In this document: piece after piece, positions 11,505 through 25,682 of the stretch | Numbering within the stretch: position 1 is the first letter of the stretch | How the letters are laid out: every line of letters begins with the position of its first letter | Assembly: GCA_964016885.1 (NCBI GenBank) | Contig: OZ024750.1 | Location: forward strand, 42,532,001 to 42,596,000 | DNA length: 64,000 nt | Direction of reading: 5' to 3' | DNA from: Eledone cirrhosa | Taxonomy: Eukaryota | The notes under the pieces: model-generated | What the model saw: the letters and a program-made list of their open reading frames with translations, nothing else | Databases searched by the model: none | What the model was told of the DNA's origin: nothing | Translations under genes and position numbers: made by a program

Positions 11505-14500
11505 TTCCCTTTCTTTTATCGAGAATCTAATTGTAATACGTGACGTATTCTATTCTATAGCGATTAGGTCTTCAAAATGTTTATTATAAACATACAGAAT
11601 ATTTTCGAATATTCTATGTCTATATTCACATATATATCGCTATTTCAGAGCATTTATTCCAATTTCTAATTTCTGCCGGACCGGCAACCGCTCTTTCAAA
11701 CCAGTTCCTGTACACAGCTAAGTATTCTATAAGTCTCTAGCTGTGTCATTCTCGATAAAAGCACTGGATATGTAGTCCTGATGAATTCTAACAAGAATGA
11801 AACGCGTAGATTACTTCCCTTTCTTTTATCGAGAATCTAATTGTAATACGTGACGTATTCTATTCTATAGCGATTAGGTCTTCAAAATGTTTATTATAAA
11901 CATACAGAATATTTTCGAATATTCTATGTCTATATTCACATATATATCGCTATTTCAGAGCATTTATTCCAATTTCTAATTTCTGCCGGACCGGCAACCG
12001 CTCTTTCAAACCAGTTCCTGTACACAGCTAAGTATTCTATAAGTCTCTAGCTGTGTCATTCTCGATAAAAGCACTGGATATGTAGTCCTGATGAATTCTA
12101 ACAAGAATGAAACGCGTAGATTACTTCCCTTTCTTTTATCGAGAATCTAATTGTAATACGTGACGTATTCTATTCTATAGCGATTAGGTCTTCAAAATGT
12201 TTATTATAAACATACAGAATATTTTCGAATATTCTATGTCTATATTCACATATATATCGCTATTTCAGAGCATTTATTCCAATTTCTAATTTCTGCCGGA
12301 CCGGCAACCGCTCTTTCAAACCAGTTCCTGTACACAGCTAAGTATTCTATAAGTCTCTAGCTGTGTCATTCTCGATAAAAGCACTGGATATGTAGTCCTG
12401 ATGAATTCTAACAAGAATGAAACGCGTAGATTACTTCCCTTTCTTTTATCGAGAATCTAATTGTAATACGTGACGTATTCTATTCTATAGCGATTAGGTC
12501 TTCAAAATGTTTATTATAAACATACAGAATATTTTCGAATATTCTATGTCTATATTCACATATATATCGCTATTTCAGAGCATTTATTCCAATTTCTAAT
12601 TTCTGCCGGACCGGCAACCGCTCTTTCAAACCAGTTCCTGTACACAGCTAAGTATTCTATAAGTCTCTAGCTGTGTCATTCTCGATAAAAGCACTGGATA
12701 TGTAGTCCTGATGAATTCTAACAAGAATGAAACGCGTAGATTACTTCCCTTTCTTTTATCGAGAATCTAATTGTAATACGTGACGTATTCTATTCTATAG
12801 CGATTAGGTCTTCAAAATGTTTATTATAAACATACAGAATATTTTCGAATATTCTATGTCTATATTCACATATATATCGCTATTTCAGAGCATTTATTCC
12901 AATTTCTAATTTCTGCCGGACCGGCAACCGCTCTTTCAAACCAGTTCCTGTACACAGCTAAGTATTCTATAAGTCTCTAGCTGTGTCATTCTCGATAAAA
13001 GCACTGGATATGTAGTCCTGATGAATTCTAACAAGAATGAAACGCGTAGATTACTTCCCTTTCTTTTATCGAGAATCTAATTGTAATACGTGACGTATTC
13101 TATTCTATAGCGATTAGGTCTTCAAAATGTTTATTATAAACATACAGAATATTTTCGAATATTCTATGTCTATATTCACATATATATCGCTATTTCAGAG
13201 CATTTATTCCAATTTCTAATTTCTGCCGGACCGGCAACCGCTCTTTCAAACCAGTTCCTGTACACAGCTAAGTATTCTATAAGTCTCTAGCTGTGTCATT
13301 CTCGATAAAAGCACTGGATATGTAGTCCTGATGAATTCTAACAAGAATGAAACGCGTAGATTACTTCCCTTTCTTTTATCGAGAATCTAATTGTAATACG
13401 TGACGTATTCTATTCTATAGCGATTAGGTCTTCAAAATGTTTATTATAAACATACAGAATATTTTCGAATATTCTATGTCTATATTCACATATATATCGC
13501 TATTTCAGAGCATTTATTCCAATTTCTAATTTCTGCCGGACCGGCAACCGCTCTTTCAAACCAGTTCCTGTACACAGCTAAGTATTCTATAAGTCTCTAG
13601 CTGTGTCATTCTCGATAAAAGCACTGGATATGTAGTCCTGATGAATTCTAACAAGAATGAAACGCGTAGATTACTTCCCTTTCTTTTATCGAGAATCTAA
13701 TTGTAATACGTGACGTATTCTATTCTATAGCGATTAGGTCTTCAAAATGTTTATTATAAACATACAGAATATTTTCGAATATTCTATGTCTATATTCACA
13801 TATATATCGCTATTTCAGAGCATTTATTCCAATTTCTAATTTCTGCCGGACCGGCAACCGCTCTTTCAAACCAGTTCCTGTACACAGCTAAGTATTCTAT
13901 AAGTCTCTAGCTGTGTCATTCTCGATAAAAGCACTGGATATGTAGTCCTGATGAATTCTAACAAGAATGAAACGCGTAGATTACTTCCCTTTCTTTTATC
14001 GAGAATCTAATTGTAATACGTGACGTATTCTATTCTATAGCGATTAGGTCTTCAAAATGTTTATTATAAACATACAGAATATTTTCGAATATTCTATGTC
14101 TATATTCACATATATATCGCTATTTCAGAGCATTTATTCCAATTTCTAATTTCTGCCGGACCGGCAACCGCTCTTTCAAACCAGTTCCTGTACACAGCTA
14201 AGTATTCTATAAGTCTCTAGCTGTGTCATTCTCGATAAAAGCACTGGATATGTAGTCCTGATGAATTCTAACAAGAATGAAACGCGTAGATTACTTCCCT
14301 TTCTTTTATCGAGAATCTAATTGTAATACGTGACGTATTCTATTCTATAGCGATTAGGTCTTCAAAATGTTTATTATAAACATACAGAATATTTTCGAAT
14401 ATTCTATGTCTATATTCACATATATATCGCTATTTCAGAGCATTTATTCCAATTTCTAATTTCTGCCGGACCGGCAACCGCTCTTTCAAACCAGTTCCTG

Positions 14501-17500
14501 TACACAGCTAAGTATTCTATAAGTCTCTAGCTGTGTCATTCTCGATAAAAGCACTGGATATGTAGTCCTGATGAATTCTAACAAGAATGAAACGCGTAGA
14601 TTACTTCCCTTTCTTTTATCGAGAATCTAATTGTAATACGTGACGTATTCTATTCTATAGCGATTAGGTCTTCAAAATGTTTATTATAAACATACAGAAT
14701 ATTTTCGAATATTCTATGTCTATATTCACATATATATCGCTATTTCAGAGCATTTATTCCAATTTCTAATTTCTGCCGGACCGGCAACCGCTCTTTCAAA
14801 CCAGTTCCTGTACACAGCTAAGTATTCTATAAGTCTCTAGCTGTGTCATTCTCGATAAAAGCACTGGATATGTAGTCCTGATGAATTCTAACAAGAATGA
14901 AACGCGTAGATTACTTCCCTTTCTTTTATCGAGAATCTAATTGTAATACGTGACGTATTCTATTCTATAGCGATTAGGTCTTCAAAATGTTTATTATAAA
15001 CATACAGAATATTTTCGAATATTCTATGTCTATATTCACATATATATCGCTATTTCAGAGCATTTATTCCAATTTCTAATTTCTGCCGGACCGGCAACCG
15101 CTCTTTCAAACCAGTTCCTGTACACAGCTAAGTATTCTATAAGTCTCTAGCTGTGTCATTCTCGATAAAAGCACTGGATATGTAGTCCTGATGAATTCTA
15201 ACAAGAATGAAACGCGTAGATTACTTCCCTTTCTTTTATCGAGAATCTAATTGTAATACGTGACGTATTCTATTCTATAGCGATTAGGTCTTCAAAATGT
15301 TTATTATAAACATACAGAATATTTTCGAATATTCTATGTCTATATTCACATATATATCGCTATTTCAGAGCATTTATTCCAATTTCTAATTTCTGCCGGA
15401 CCGGCAACCGCTCTTTCAAACCAGTTCCTGTACACAGCTAAGTATTCTATAAGTCTCTAGCTGTGTCATTCTCGATAAAAGCACTGGATATGTAGTCCTG
15501 ATGAATTCTAACAAGAATGAAACGCGTAGATTACTTCCCTTTCTTTTATCGAGAATCTAATTGTAATACGTGACGTATTCTATTCTATAGCGATTAGGTC
15601 TTCAAAATGTTTATTATAAACATACAGAATATTTTCGAATATTCTATGTCTATATTCACATATATATCGCTATTTCAGAGCATTTATTCCAATTTCTAAT
15701 TTCTGCCGGACCGGCAACCGCTCTTTCAAACCAGTTCCTGTACACAGCTAAGTATTCTATAAGTCTCTAGCTGTGTCATTCTCGATAAAAGCACTGGATA
15801 TGTAGTCCTGATGAATTCTAACAAGAATGAAACGCGTAGATTACTTCCCTTTCTTTTATCGAGAATCTAATTGTAATACGTGACGTATTCTATTCTATAG
15901 CGATTAGGTCTTCAAAATGTTTATTATAAACATACAGAATATTTTCGAATATTCTATGTCTATATTCACATATATATCGCTATTTCAGAGCATTTATTCC
16001 AATTTCTAATTTCTGCCGGACCGGCAACCGCTCTTTCAAACCAGTTCCTGTACACAGCTAAGTATTCTATAAGTCTCTAGCTGTGTCATTCTCGATAAAA
16101 GCACTGGATATGTAGTCCTGATGAATTCTAACAAGAATGAAACGCGTAGATTACTTCCCTTTCTTTTATCGAGAATCTAATTGTAATACGTGACGTATTC
16201 TATTCTATAGCGATTAGGTCTTCAAAATGTTTATTATAAACATACAGAATATTTTCGAATATTCTATGTCTATATTCACATATATATCGCTATTTCAGAG
16301 CATTTATTCCAATTTCTAATTTCTGCCGGACCGGCAACCGCTCTTTCAAACCAGTTCCTGTACACAGCTAAGTATTCTATAAGTCTCTAGCTGTGTCATT
16401 CTCGATAAAAGCACTGGATATGTAGTCCTGATGAATTCTAACAAGAATGAAACGCGTAGATTACTTCCCTTTCTTTTATCGAGAATCTAATTGTAATACG
16501 TGACGTATTCTATTCTATAGCGATTAGGTCTTCAAAATGTTTATTATAAACATACAGAATATTTTCGAATATTCTATGTCTATATTCACATATATATCGC
16601 TATTTCAGAGCATTTATTCCAATTTCTAATTTCTGCCGGACCGGCAACCGCTCTTTCAAACCAGTTCCTGTACACAGCTAAGTATTCTATAAGTCTCTAG
16701 CTGTGTCATTCTCGATAAAAGCACTGGATATGTAGTCCTGATGAATTCTAACAAGAATGAAACGCGTAGATTACTTCCCTTTCTTTTATCGAGAATCTAA
16801 TTGTAATACGTGACGTATTCTATTCTATAGCGATTAGGTCTTCAAAATGTTTATTATAAACATACAGAATATTTTCGAATATTCTATGTCTATATTCACA
16901 TATATATCGCTATTTCAGAGCATTTATTCCAATTTCTAATTTCTGCCGGACCGGCAACCGCTCTTTCAAACCAGTTCCTGTACACAGCTAAGTATTCTAT
17001 AAGTCTCTAGCTGTGTCATTCTCGATAAAAGCACTGGATATGTAGTCCTGATGAATTCTAACAAGAATGAAACGCGTAGATTACTTCCCTTTCTTTTATC
17101 GAGAATCTAATTGTAATACGTGACGTATTCTATTCTATAGCGATTAGGTCTTCAAAATGTTTATTATAAACATACAGAATATTTTCGAATATTCTATGTC
17201 TATATTCACATATATATCGCTATTTCAGAGCATTTATTCCAATATATATATATATATATAGTTGCCAAAAACATATATATATATTTTATTATATATATAT
17301 ATATAAAAAATTACACACACACACACACATATATCATCATCATCATCATCGTTTAACGTCTATCTTCCACGCTAGCATGGGTTTAGACGGGAATTGTCCC
17401 AATTGAGGCAAGCTTGGTTGTCTCGCTCATATAGGACTGTCTGGCAGGTTTTCTACGACTGGATGCCCTTCCTAACACCAACCACGTTTACAGTGTGGAC

Positions 17501-18338
17501 TAATTCTTCTCCCCCTTCCCCTCTCTCTATACTACTCCCTTTGTCCCTCCACTTTCTAATTCCTCTTCCTCTCTCTCTATACTAGCAAATACAATTCAAA
17601 AAAATATTTTTCTATTTATTAAGAACTTGTTAAGAGTAACTTATTCACTATTTTGAAAATTTGGACGTGTACAACAATTATTATTGAGTGGCTGCTATTT
17701 GCAGTATAGCAATATAAGGTTGCACTTACCAATGAAACGGTCGTAAATACCTGGATAAAATCCTTTTTTTAATGCTTACCTGTGTTTTCTCTTTTATCCT
17801 TTACACTCCAAGATTGAACGTGATTCTTACAAACTTGTGGAGTTACCCCTAACCGTATGTTGAAACCGTGTCCATGAAACTGGCTGTCTTAACCACGAAC
17901 TGGATTACAATAAGCAATTTTCTGCTTCCCTAACTACATATATATATATATATACATCACCCCTTTTTTTTCTTTTTTCTTTTTACTTCAAAAACCTTGT
18001 TTGTAAATAATATTATTCTTTCTTCCCCATTTCCTTAACATGTTCAACATCACATTATTTCCTCTCCAACATTTTATACCAATACAAATTCCCCCTTTGA
18101 TAATGCATAAAATGCTGAAACTGGTAATAGACAATTATTAAATATATAAATAAATAAATAAATGCCATTGTTAATTAATAAATAAATTAACTAATACCTT
18201 AACATAAAGTAAAATATTTTGTTTTAAACATTTTCTAACCGAGAAAAAAGAGAAAAAATAAAAGGAAAAAAAAACCTTTTTTTTCCTAATAATCGTCTTT
18301 TTCTCCCTATTTTCATATATATATATATATATATATCT

Positions 18339-19900
18339 GTAAGTATGCATGTATACGTACATACATATATGTATACAGACGTACAGTAGCATGCACATAT
18401 ATATATATATATATACATACATATATACATACATATGCATACAGGTACACATACATATATGCACGTATCAGTTTAGCGGCGCTTATTATAACGTCGCTTT
18501 GTTCGTTTGTAAACAAACTGAACAGCCTGAATTTATGTCATACGGTGTTAAGGCAACCACGTCACCCTTCTGTTCAACACTGACACAGGAACGATGTACT
18601 AGTTTCAAGCTTGTTAGCTATCATCAGCACCGTTTACCCATCTGCCAGATAGTTGAACGTTCGAAAGTATATACTTTCCTTATGAAAATTAACGGCTGAG
18701 CAGCCTAATTTGCATATTGAGTGAGTTAAATCGGTCAGGCATACCGAAAACGATAAATTGAAACAAAATGAAAACGAAATTTCATTTCTCACTCTTAGTA
18801 TGGCACTTACTTAAATGTAAGTATGCATGTATACGTACATACATATATGTATACAGACGTACAGTAGCATGCACATATATATATATATATACATATATAC
18901 ATACATATGCATACAGGTACACATACATATATGCACGTATCAGTTTAGCGGCGCTTATTATAACGTCGCTTTGTTCGTTTGTAAACAAACTGAACAGCCT
19001 GAATTTATGCCATACGGTGTTAAGGCAACCACGTCACCCTTCTGTTCAACACTGACACAGGAACGATGTACTAGTTTCAAGCTTGTTAGCTATCATCAGC
19101 ACCGTTTACCCATCTGCCAGATAGTTGAACGTTCGAAAGTATATACTTTCCTTATGAAAATTAACGGCTGAGCAGCCTAATTTGCATATTGAGTGAGTTA
19201 AATCGGTCAGGGATACCGAAAACGATAAATTGAATAAACTGATACGTGCATATATGTATGTGTACCTGTATGCATATGTATGTATATATGTATATATATA
19301 TATATATGTGCATGCTACTGTACGTCTGTATACATATATGTATGTACGTATACATGCATACTTACATTTAAGTAAGTGCCATACTAAGAGTGAGAAATGA
19401 AATTTCGTTTTCATTTTGTTTCAATTTATCGTTTTCGGTATGCCTGACCGATTTAACTCACTCAATATGCAAATTAGGCTGCTCAGCCATTAATTTTCAT
19501 AAGGAAAGTATATACTTTCGAACGTTCAACTATCTGGCAGATGGGTAAACGGTGCTGATGATAGCTAACAAGCTTGAAACTAGTACATCGTTCCTGTGTC
19601 AGTGTTGAACAGAAGGGTGACGTGGTTGCCTTAACACCGTATGGCATAAATTCAGGCTGTTCAGTTTGTTTACAAACGAACAAAGCGACGTTATAATAAG
19701 CTCCGCTAAACTGATACGTGCATATATGTATGTGTACCTGTATGCATATGTATGTATATATGTATATATATATATATATGTGCATGCTACTGTACGTCTG
19801 TATACATATATGTATGTACGTATACATGCATACTTACATTTAAGTAAGTGCCATACTAAGAGTGAGAAATGAAATTTCGTTTTCATTTTGTTTCAATTTA
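18339..19900. repeat. ~472-478-bp tandem unit, ~1.9 copies then inverted ~1.4 copies (junction ~19234); hammerhead-bearing
   Basis: Direct copies start at 18339 and 18817. The reverse-complement block is 19235-19900. TA tracts lie at both outer ends. Confidence 0.92.
19548..19592 (+). ncRNA. Type I minimal hammerhead ribozyme (minus-strand copies at 18590-18634 and 19062-19106)
   Basis: aacggtg CTGATGA t-agct-aaca-agct-t GAAAC ta GTA catcgtt. Stem I is 7 bp, stem II is 4 bp plus U-U, stem III is the palindrome ACTAGT, GUA site. Confidence 0.8.
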
Positions 19901-20004
19901 TATATATATGTATATATATATATATAACGAAGGAAATATGGTAAGGAACCAGGTGGACCATAACGCACCAAAGTACTCAATACTTAGGGTAGTAGAGTGG
20001 GTAA

Positions 20005-20116
20005 TAGGAACGAGTAGGACCCAGACGGCTGAGCTCAAGCCGTTTCGATGGCTAATTCTGAGTCCAGAATTAGCCGGCGAAACGGCTTGAGCTCAGCTGT
20101 CGGGGTCCTACTCGTT

Positions 20117-20120
<4 letters not shown>
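20005..20120. repeat. ~115-bp near-perfect palindrome; related inverted pair at ~20993-21190
   Basis: taggaacgagtaggaccc...gctaattctg-agtc-cagaattagc...gggtcctactcgttccta. The adjacent 19927-19990 is the reverse complement of ~21052-21107. Confidence 0.85.
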
Positions 20121-20152
<32 letters not shown>

Positions 20153-20239
20153 GGAGGTGAGTTTTATTGTAGCACAATAAAGCAATGCAAATATCGGATA
20201 AGTAGCACTCTACAGTTTGTAGGACTGGAGTATAAATAA

Positions 20240-20533
20240 TATAAGATCAAAAGATGGTTAAAAGAGTTCCAAGTATTTTATTATGTGCATTTCGAAAACA
20301 ATATCATCCTGGGACAAAAATTGTGTTCTCATCAGATAAAATAAGGTAACATGATATGAGGCCTAAAAACACTGTAGACTGGACACTTTCTTGTTCACAA
20401 GTGTTTTTAGGCCTCATACCATGTTACCTTATTTTATCTGATGAGAACACAATTTTTGTCCCAGGATGATATTGTTTTCGAAATGCACATAATAAAATAC
20501 TTGGAACTCTTTTAACCATCTTTTGATCTTATA
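20240..20533. repeat. Foldback element: ~134-bp inverted arms with a ~26-bp spacer and one hammerhead per arm
   Basis: Arms 20240-20373 and 20400-20533 are near-exact reverse complements. Confidence 0.92.
20431..20498 (+). ncRNA. Type I hammerhead ribozyme (mirror copy at 20275-20342, minus strand)
   Basis: attttat CTGATGA gaacacaat...attgttttc GAAA tgcaca TA ataaaat. Perfect 7-bp stem I, 8 of 9 bp stem II, short stem III, AUA site. Confidence 0.8.
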
Positions 20534-20534
20534 C

Positions 20535-20570
<36 letters not shown>

Positions 20571-20584
20571 ACGTGTGCATACTT

Positions 20585-20685
<101 letters not shown>

Positions 20686-21185
20686 AGTAAAATGACAGGA
20701 GGCCAAATAGGTTCAATTTCCTTAATTACTTATTTCTGCAAACATTATGCACATTTCAGTGGTCAGGTTGCATAAGAACCTGATGACATCTTCAGGTGTA
20801 AATTGCGTAATAGATGTATATCAACGGAATGATGGTAAACACGTTTCAAGATGCTTTAATGAAAAAAGCAAAGAAAAAACAGAGAAGAAAAAATTCTGTT
20901 TATGATTTTGACCCCGAGATGATTGAAGCAGCATGTTGTTATAATGCCCCACCATCTCAGAGAGGGCACCTTCATTTAAAACTATATATATTAACAGAGT
21001 CAGGACCCCAACGGCTGAGCTCCGGCCATTTCGACAGCTAGACCCTAAGTATTGAGTACTCTGATGTGTTATGGTTCACCTGGTATCTTACCACACCTTC
21101 TTTGTTATATATATATATGTATATCCTTAGTTCGGATCTAGCTGTCGAAATGGCCGGAGCTCAGCTGTCAGGGTTCTGACTTGTT

Positions 21186-21277
<92 letters not shown>

Positions 21278-21367
21278 GAGTTAAACAAGATTCAATGAGT
21301 ACATCAAAGAATGAGTTTTACAGTAGATTGGAAGCACTCTACAAGAAATAATTTTCCAGAGTTATTA

Positions 21368-21863
<496 letters not shown>

Positions 21864-22137
21864 ATTTCGGCAGTGGTCGAAAACAAAGCGAAACGCAATA
21901 TCCAAGTTATGCGGCAAGTGCTCCATAGACTAAAAAAAGACCAGAGCAATAAACATAGGTTATAGAGGCCAAACAAACTGAGAATGGCGGTCAAGAAGCC
22001 ATCAGCCACCTAAGCCTAAAAAACGAAAACCAAACAAGTCAAACAAAAGAATATTTACCTGAACCCCTGGAATTGATGGTATAATCCAGTATAGGGTTTC
22101 TGCGACACACATATCATCATCATCTTCGTTTAACATC

Positions 22138-22268
<131 letters not shown>

Positions 22269-22410
22269 AGGGAGTGTAACTTGGAGTTATGTAGGTTCAC
22301 CCGGGTGAGCACTCGATGTTTAGGTTCACTTCAGTGTCGAGGTGTAGAGCTAGACAGTGTGTTATACTATATATATGTATATATATATATATATATAGGC
22401 GTATATATAT

Positions 22411-22529
22411 GAAGGCGTGTGGCTGAGTGGTTAGAGAATTGGATTCGCAATCGTAAGGTTGTGAGTTCGATTCTTGGACCAGGCGACGCGTTATGTCCTT
22501 GAGCAAGACACTTTATTTCACGTTGCTCC
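22411..22529 (+). mobile_element. 5' half of a tRNA-derived CORE-like SINE (diverged subfamily)
   Basis: A box tggctgagtgg, B box gagttcgattc, then ccttgagcaagacactttatttcac. Confidence 0.75.
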
Positions 22530-23231
22530 TTCTACCTGGAGTTGCAACCGATAGATAGTATTAGCAATTGGAAAGACCAACGGAAACATTGTTCCCTAGG
22601 TCCGATTTGACGAAAGTCGATCGTCTTTTCACATATATAAATATTAGAAATAAGAAAGTTTACAAAACTGTATTTTTCTCTCTGTACAACAGTTTGCTCA
22701 TCTCAAACCTGGCAACACACCAACCAATATGATAATAAACGTAATTCATTCTGCTCAAATTAATCAAAACTTTATCATCGAAGGTTGTGAAATTGATATT
22801 TTGTTTTGACCCAGACAGTCTGAAAACCTTAAGCATTCTATAAATTATTGGCAGATCATTAAGTCAAAGCTAAATTCAAGAACTTTTAAAATTAGAGCCT
22901 ATATTATTGAAAACATTTGCTGACAGTATGATTAACAGAATTGATAACTTCTAGATAACGATGGTAGAAGCATTGATTATTAGGTTTCAGTTATGAATAA
23001 ACATAAATTCTATGGTTTTTTGGTGTTTTTGTTTGTTTTAAAATCTGAATAAATGATTTGAGATTTTAATAAAAAGAAAACAAAAACAAAATAAAAACAA
23101 AATAAAACAAAACAAACAAAAAGAAAAACACAAAAACAAAACAAACAAAAAGAAAAACACAAAAACAAAACAAGGAAGGAAATCAAGAATTTTGCACGGG
23201 CTACATATTTCTCATCAAGAAAGTTTAAGTT

Positions 23232-23399
<168 letters not shown>

Positions 23400-23413
23400 A
23401 AATATATGTATAA

Positions 23414-23453
<40 letters not shown>

Positions 23454-23553
23454 CATGCATGTATACAGTGTACCTTTTGTTAATGAACTTTTCCATAAAT
23501 TTGCTAATGAATAAAATCATATTAACGAACAAATTCTACACAAATGTAAAACG

Positions 23554-24708
23554 GTGTGTGTATGTTTGTGTGTGTATATGTTTGTGTGTATGATTGTGTG
23601 TGTGTTTGGGTGTGTATATGTTTGTGTGTATGTTTATGTGTGTGTTTGTGTGTGCATGTGTGTTTGTGTGTGTGTTTGTGTGTGTGTGTGTTTGTGCATG
23701 TGTTTTTGTGTGTTTGTGTATGTTTGTGTGTGTGTGTTTGCGTGTGTGCATGTATGTTTGTGTGTGTGTTTGTGTGTGTATTTGTGTGTGTGTTTGTGTT
23801 TGTGTGTGTATGTTTGTGTGTGTGTTTGTGTGTATGTTTGTGTATGTATGTGTGTTTGTGTGTGTTTGTGTGTATGTTTGTGTCTGTATGTTTGTTTATG
23901 TATGTTTATGTATCTATGTGTTTGTGAGTATGCACGTTTGTATGTGTATGTTTGTGTGTGTGTGTGGGTTTGTGTGTGTATGTTTGTGTGTGTGTTTGTG
24001 TGCATGTTTGTGTATGTATGTGTGTTTGTGTGTGTATGTGTTTGTGTGTGTATGTGTTTGTGTGTTTGTGTGTGTATGTTTGTATGTGTGTGTTTGTGTG
24101 TGTATGTTTGTGTGTGTATGTTTGTGTGTGTATTTATGTGTGTTTGTGTGTGTGTTTGTGTTTGTGTGTGTGTTTGTGTGTGTATGTGTTTGTGTGTATG
24201 TTTGTGTGTGTGTGTATATTTGTTTATGTATGTATGTGTGTATGTTTGTATGTGTATGTTTATTTATGTATGTATGTGTATGTTTGTATGTATGTTTGAG
24301 TGAATGTATGAGCGTGTATTTGTATATGTGAATGTGTCTGTATTTTTTAATGTATGTATGCGTGTGTATGTTTGTGTGTGTATGTTTGTGTGTGTGTATG
24401 TATGTTTGTGTGTATATGTGCATGTGTGTATATGTGTGTGTGTGAGTGTATGTGCATGTGTGTGCATATGTGTGTATATGTGTATATGTGTGTGTGTGTG
24501 CATGTGTGTATATGCGTGTGTGTGCATGTGTGTATATGTGTGTGTGTGTGTGCATATGTGTGTATATGTGCATATGTGTAAATGTGTGTATATATGCATA
24601 TGTGTATACGTGTGTGTGTGTGTGTGCATGTGTGTATATGTGTGTGTGTATATGTGTGTGTGTGTGTGCATGTGTGTATATGTATGTGTATGTATTTATG
24701 TATGTGTT
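23554..24708. repeat. Compound (TG)n / TGTA / TTTG microsatellite
   Basis: About 1.15 kb of degenerate TG repeats. Confidence 0.95.
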
Positions 24709-24997
24709 TTACCTTGATATTGTCCCAGATAACCTTAACAATGCATATTTTTCAATAAAAGTTTCAAGCAATATGTTTTCCATAATTCCAGATTTCGTTT
24801 ATTTTCATGAAATAAACGAATAGATAAATAAAAACAAAAAATTAAAAAAAATGCATATTAATTAAAATCTTAAAATACTTTCATTATTGTGTAGTTCTGT
24901 TTGTTAATGCTTTCATTTACTGAATAGATTTGATTTGAGCAGGCTAAACAGAAATTTGGAAATACCTTCCAATTTTATGTTGATAATAAATAAAACC

Positions 24998-25205
24998 TTC
25001 TTCTTCTTCTTCTTCTCCCACTTATTCCTGACAGGGTCGTGGGGGCAGAGTTCTTAAACACTCCCTCCAGCGGGTCTTGTCCGAAGCAAACAGCTCCAAC
25101 TGATCCGACTTGATCCCCAAGCATGACCAGCCAAGCTCATGGATGTTACCCAACCACCTTGTTCAGGGTCTTCACCTGGGTCTCCTACCAGTTCGTTTTG
25201 CCTGT
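24998..25205 (-). mobile_element. Decayed 3' end of an RTE-clade LINE with (GAA)n tail
   Basis: Minus strand reads RTGRRPR*RP*TRWLGNIHELGWSCLGI..RWRECLRTLPPRPCQE*, resembling an RTE C-terminus, followed by (gaa)n. Confidence 0.65.
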
Positions 25206-25473
25206 TAGAATGTCTCAGGAAAGAATCGCTGGACATATAAATAAAACCAGCAAGGATTTCAGAGATTTTCAGAGATTTCAGAGATTTTCTGAAGGTTCTT
25301 AGCATAATGACATTTCTACAAATATGAATTGTGGATAAAAAAATAGTAATTTTCTTCTTTCAAGTTTCACCAATATAAATATTATCGAAACTTCCAAAAA
25401 TGTATCCCTATAAAATTTCAGATAAAAGTTCATCTTTTTTGTTAGTAATTTGTATTTTATTAATTTTTCATTT

Positions 25474-25682
25474 TTAACCCTTTAGCATTTAAACCAGCCA
25501 TATCCAGCCATAATTCTCTCACCGCTTTGTGTTCAAACCAGCCACAAGTAGCCGTTCATACTGATGTTAATGTATTGTTCTCAAAATAAATAATATCAAA
25601 ATCTCGTAGATTCAATATTATGTGAGATATTTGTATGAGATAAAGACTTTATCATGAAAATACAAAAGTGTGTATAGAGTAA
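25474..25682 (+). mobile_element. Truncated TTAA-flanked MITE (family of 29873-30229), ending at a SINE
   Basis: Starts ttaaccctttagcatttaaaccagc and is colinear with 29873 onward. Confidence 0.65.

Larger units (their letters stand above)
10621..17243. repeat. 310-bp tandem array with an internal inversion (retrozyme-like): ~2.3 units in one orientation (10621-11320), then 19 units plus ~30 bp in the opposite orientation (11321-17243)
   Basis: Period is exactly 310 (tatatatcgc at 11321, 11631 ... 17211). No sequence variants seen between units. Each unit carries one hammerhead. Confidence 0.95.

Noticed and set aside
10621-17243. CRISPR array interpretation of the tandem arrays
   Set aside because: Units are contiguous with no unique spacers, there are no cas genes, and the context is eukaryotic.
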